From Paraspadella gotoi (Eukaryota; Animalia; Chaetognatha), in NCBI GenBank assembly GCA_051294375.1, contig CM119268.1, positions 22,571,996 to 22,635,995 on the forward strand: a stretch of 64,000 nt of DNA, in the 5' to 3' direction. The notes beneath the pieces are model-generated. The model had not been told where the DNA came from. It did not search any database and was given only the letters and a program-made list of their open reading frames with translations. Below, in pieces: positions 61,443 to 64,000 of the stretch. The translations under genes and the position numbers were made by a program. How positions within the stretch are numbered: position 1 is the stretch's first letter; the number at the start of each line of letters is the position of its first letter.

Positions 61443-64000
61443 GGTCTACTGATGGGGGAGAAGGGCGTCTCGTCGAGGAGCGATGGTGGCCTGGTGGGAG
61501 GCGGAAGAGAAGAAGTTCGTTTGACGCCAAGAAAGAAAGAAGTCGTCGGTCGAATTGAGTAATAAAAAACGGAATTAACCCGAATCACGTAAAACAATTC
61601 GGTCGAGTCGCAATTAATTTCCCCGAATGTTAATCGAATTAAAGGAAGGAGAGACCGCATGTTGCGAAGTCGAGAGAGAGAAACAAATGGACAACGTTTT
61701 TCGAGAAAGTCACTCGTGAAGGGGGGGGGAGAGAAGAGAACCTCTTTTCAATTCCCCACTTGATTTATTAACTATACTAATTATCGTCCCTCAACCCCCA
61801 AACAAAAAAAGGGGGAACAAAAAAGAAAAAACACCATAAATTAAGACGAAAAATTGGTTCGGTTTAAAAAAAAAAAACAAAACAAAAAAAAAACCGGGAG
61901 AAATACGTCATTCTCCCCGCGAAGTCGTAAAATAAAAGTTCTCGCGAATAACAACCACAACAACAACACCTCTCGGACGGGCCACCCCGAGGCTTTCCCT
62001 CCCGTCACTCTCTCTGGGATCGTAAAAAACAAGGCAGCCTACGATCGAGACCTAAACGAACAAACAATAACAACAACAACGACAAACGAAGAATCAATAA
62101 CAACAACAACGATAAATGAGGGCCCCGATTACCCGAGGGATGAGGGGCGGTCGTAACTTACCATGAACTGGAGAGTTGGTCCCGCGCGTCCCGACGAAGT
62201 TGATCCGAGGGGTTTTTATAAGAGAGTAAGTGAAGACGCGAAGGGGAAAAGTCAAGTTAATTAAAAGGGGAAGAGAAGAGAGGATAAACTATATAAATTC
62301 TCTCTCTCTCTCTTTCTCTCTATCCATCGTTTTCAATCCTTCACTTTTTTTTCTCTCTCTCTCTCTATCGACTGGTTGAACGATAAAACACTACCAGATA
62401 TGTGGGGTATTTTGTCCGAGCGGAGAGAGAGAGAGAGAGAAAAGAGGGCGAGCGGGAGAGAGTTGAGACGATGGAGAGCGAGCGATGGAGAAAGGTGAAT
62501 CGCCGACAAACTAGAGAGAGAGAGGCCGAGAGAGAGAGAGAGAAAAAAAGTCTCGACGCATTTGAGGGACGAATTGAATGATGTATCTTTGTTTCGGTAG
62601 ACGGACGTTGTCCTTCGTTTATAAACGAGAAACAGGCACGCGTGGTGGAGGGGGAGAGGGAGAGAGAGATGATCAGTGACACACTTTACGTGAGATTTGA
62701 ATGACGTGAAGTGAAAAAAATACAGAGGGAGAGAGAAAGAGGGAGGAAAAGTGGCCAAAATCAGATTTTTTAAAAAAAATCTTTGCCCAAGTTTTTTTTA
62801 ATTCTGTGGTTAAACAACGAAGGAAATTCCGTCAATCGTTTTAAAGGCGGCGAGTAGAGTATTTCATCTTTTCAATTTAAGCGCAGATAATCTTCGTCAT
62901 TCCACTATTTCCTTTTCGCCTTTTTTTTTTCTTTCCCAGTTGCGAGAACGAGACAAAAAGTCGTCGAGTTCTCTCTCTCGTTTTGGCATTTAGGGATTGG
63001 CAATTGCCCAGATGGCCAAAGTTATTGCAGATTCGAAGTAATAAAAGCGGGAAAAAGGGGCGGAGGGAAATCTCTTTTTTTTTGGTAGTAAGGCGAGTAG
63101 AAGGAGATGTGTTAGGATGGGGGGGGGGAGGGTCGATGGGGATGTTGAAGAAGACGATGGGGAAATGTTAAAGAGGGCGTTGCGCCGTAGATTTTGCGAG
63201 TTTGTCCTTGAATCGTGACGAGTACGACGTCCGGGCGCCCGATTCCCACGCCCGAGTTGCGCAGCCCCAACGGAAAATGCCCCAACGGAAAATAAGGAAA
63301 CAAATTGTGCGGGAGAGCGATTGCCTTTAAAAGTTGAACGATGCCGAAGAGCGGATGCCAAAGTATTGCAGCTCAAGAAAGAGAGCGAATGCCCAAGAGC
63401 GAATTTTGCCTCATCGATTTTAAAGACGATTTTTTTTATCCGTTGAATGAAATCATTTCGTCGAAGACCCGAGGGGAAAAAAAAACTCTGGCCTACATTT
63501 CCGATTATCGTTTTAAAAATGCAATGATTAAAATTTTTGTTATCGTTTATCATTTATATTTGATATTTGCGTTTCGTTCACTTTTCGCAACGATTCGCGA
63601 GTGGAACATTTCGATAATTTTTTTTCCCTTTTGTATTTTCAATATTCAGTTTTCGTGTGCTCTTATTATTTTTATTATTACTATTATTTTCAAGATTCAG
63701 TTTTCGTGTGCGATTATTTCCGTCGATCGAAAAGTCGAGGGCGAAAATATCCTTTTCGCTCGCGTCGGTCAGAAAGAGAGAGAGAGTGCGCTCTCAATCT
63801 CTCTCTCTCGCTCGCTCTCTTCTTTTTCCAGACACGTGATCGTGACTTTTAATCGATGATCACGTGACCCCTTCCGAACCAAAGAGAAAGAGAGAATTTA
63901 GCGGCGGCGAAGTTGATTCGATTAGCGCCGGTCGGCGGGGGGAAGGAGGAGGATGAGGAGGAGGAGGAAGAGAGGATCGACGTCCTTCGACTAAAAAAGG

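Overview
Gene-dense animal (invertebrate-type) genomic DNA with GC-rich exons, short AT-rich introns and many (GA)n/(CT)n tracts. All homology calls are from recalled family motifs, not database searches, and some exon edges are approximate. Gene order: CKAP5/XMAP215 5' end (-), OSCP1 (+), a MyoR/TCF21-type bHLH with indels (+), then a run of minus-strand genes: an orphan ORF, LARGE, CUEDC1, SON, INO80, GARS, POLR2M/Gdown1 and FER. An antisense ankyrin-SOCS-box gene is nested in one INO80 intron. Most notable: (1) glycyl-tRNA synthetase carries an in-frame ~145-aa insertion containing an eEF1B-beta-like GST-C-type domain; (2) a ~40-65 bp hairpin plus octamer (ATGCAAAT) element recurs about 15 times, mostly in introns; (3) the co-oriented genes are tightly packed, with apparently unpaired 5'-UTR splice acceptors, suggesting operons or trans-splicing; (4) two hAT-type elements with perfect 8-bp TSDs sit in INO80 introns, one carrying a Penelope-type minimal hammerhead motif and one a ~1-kb palindrome; (5) three GC-AG introns. 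Several indels and a duplicated exon at an N gap look like assembly errors.
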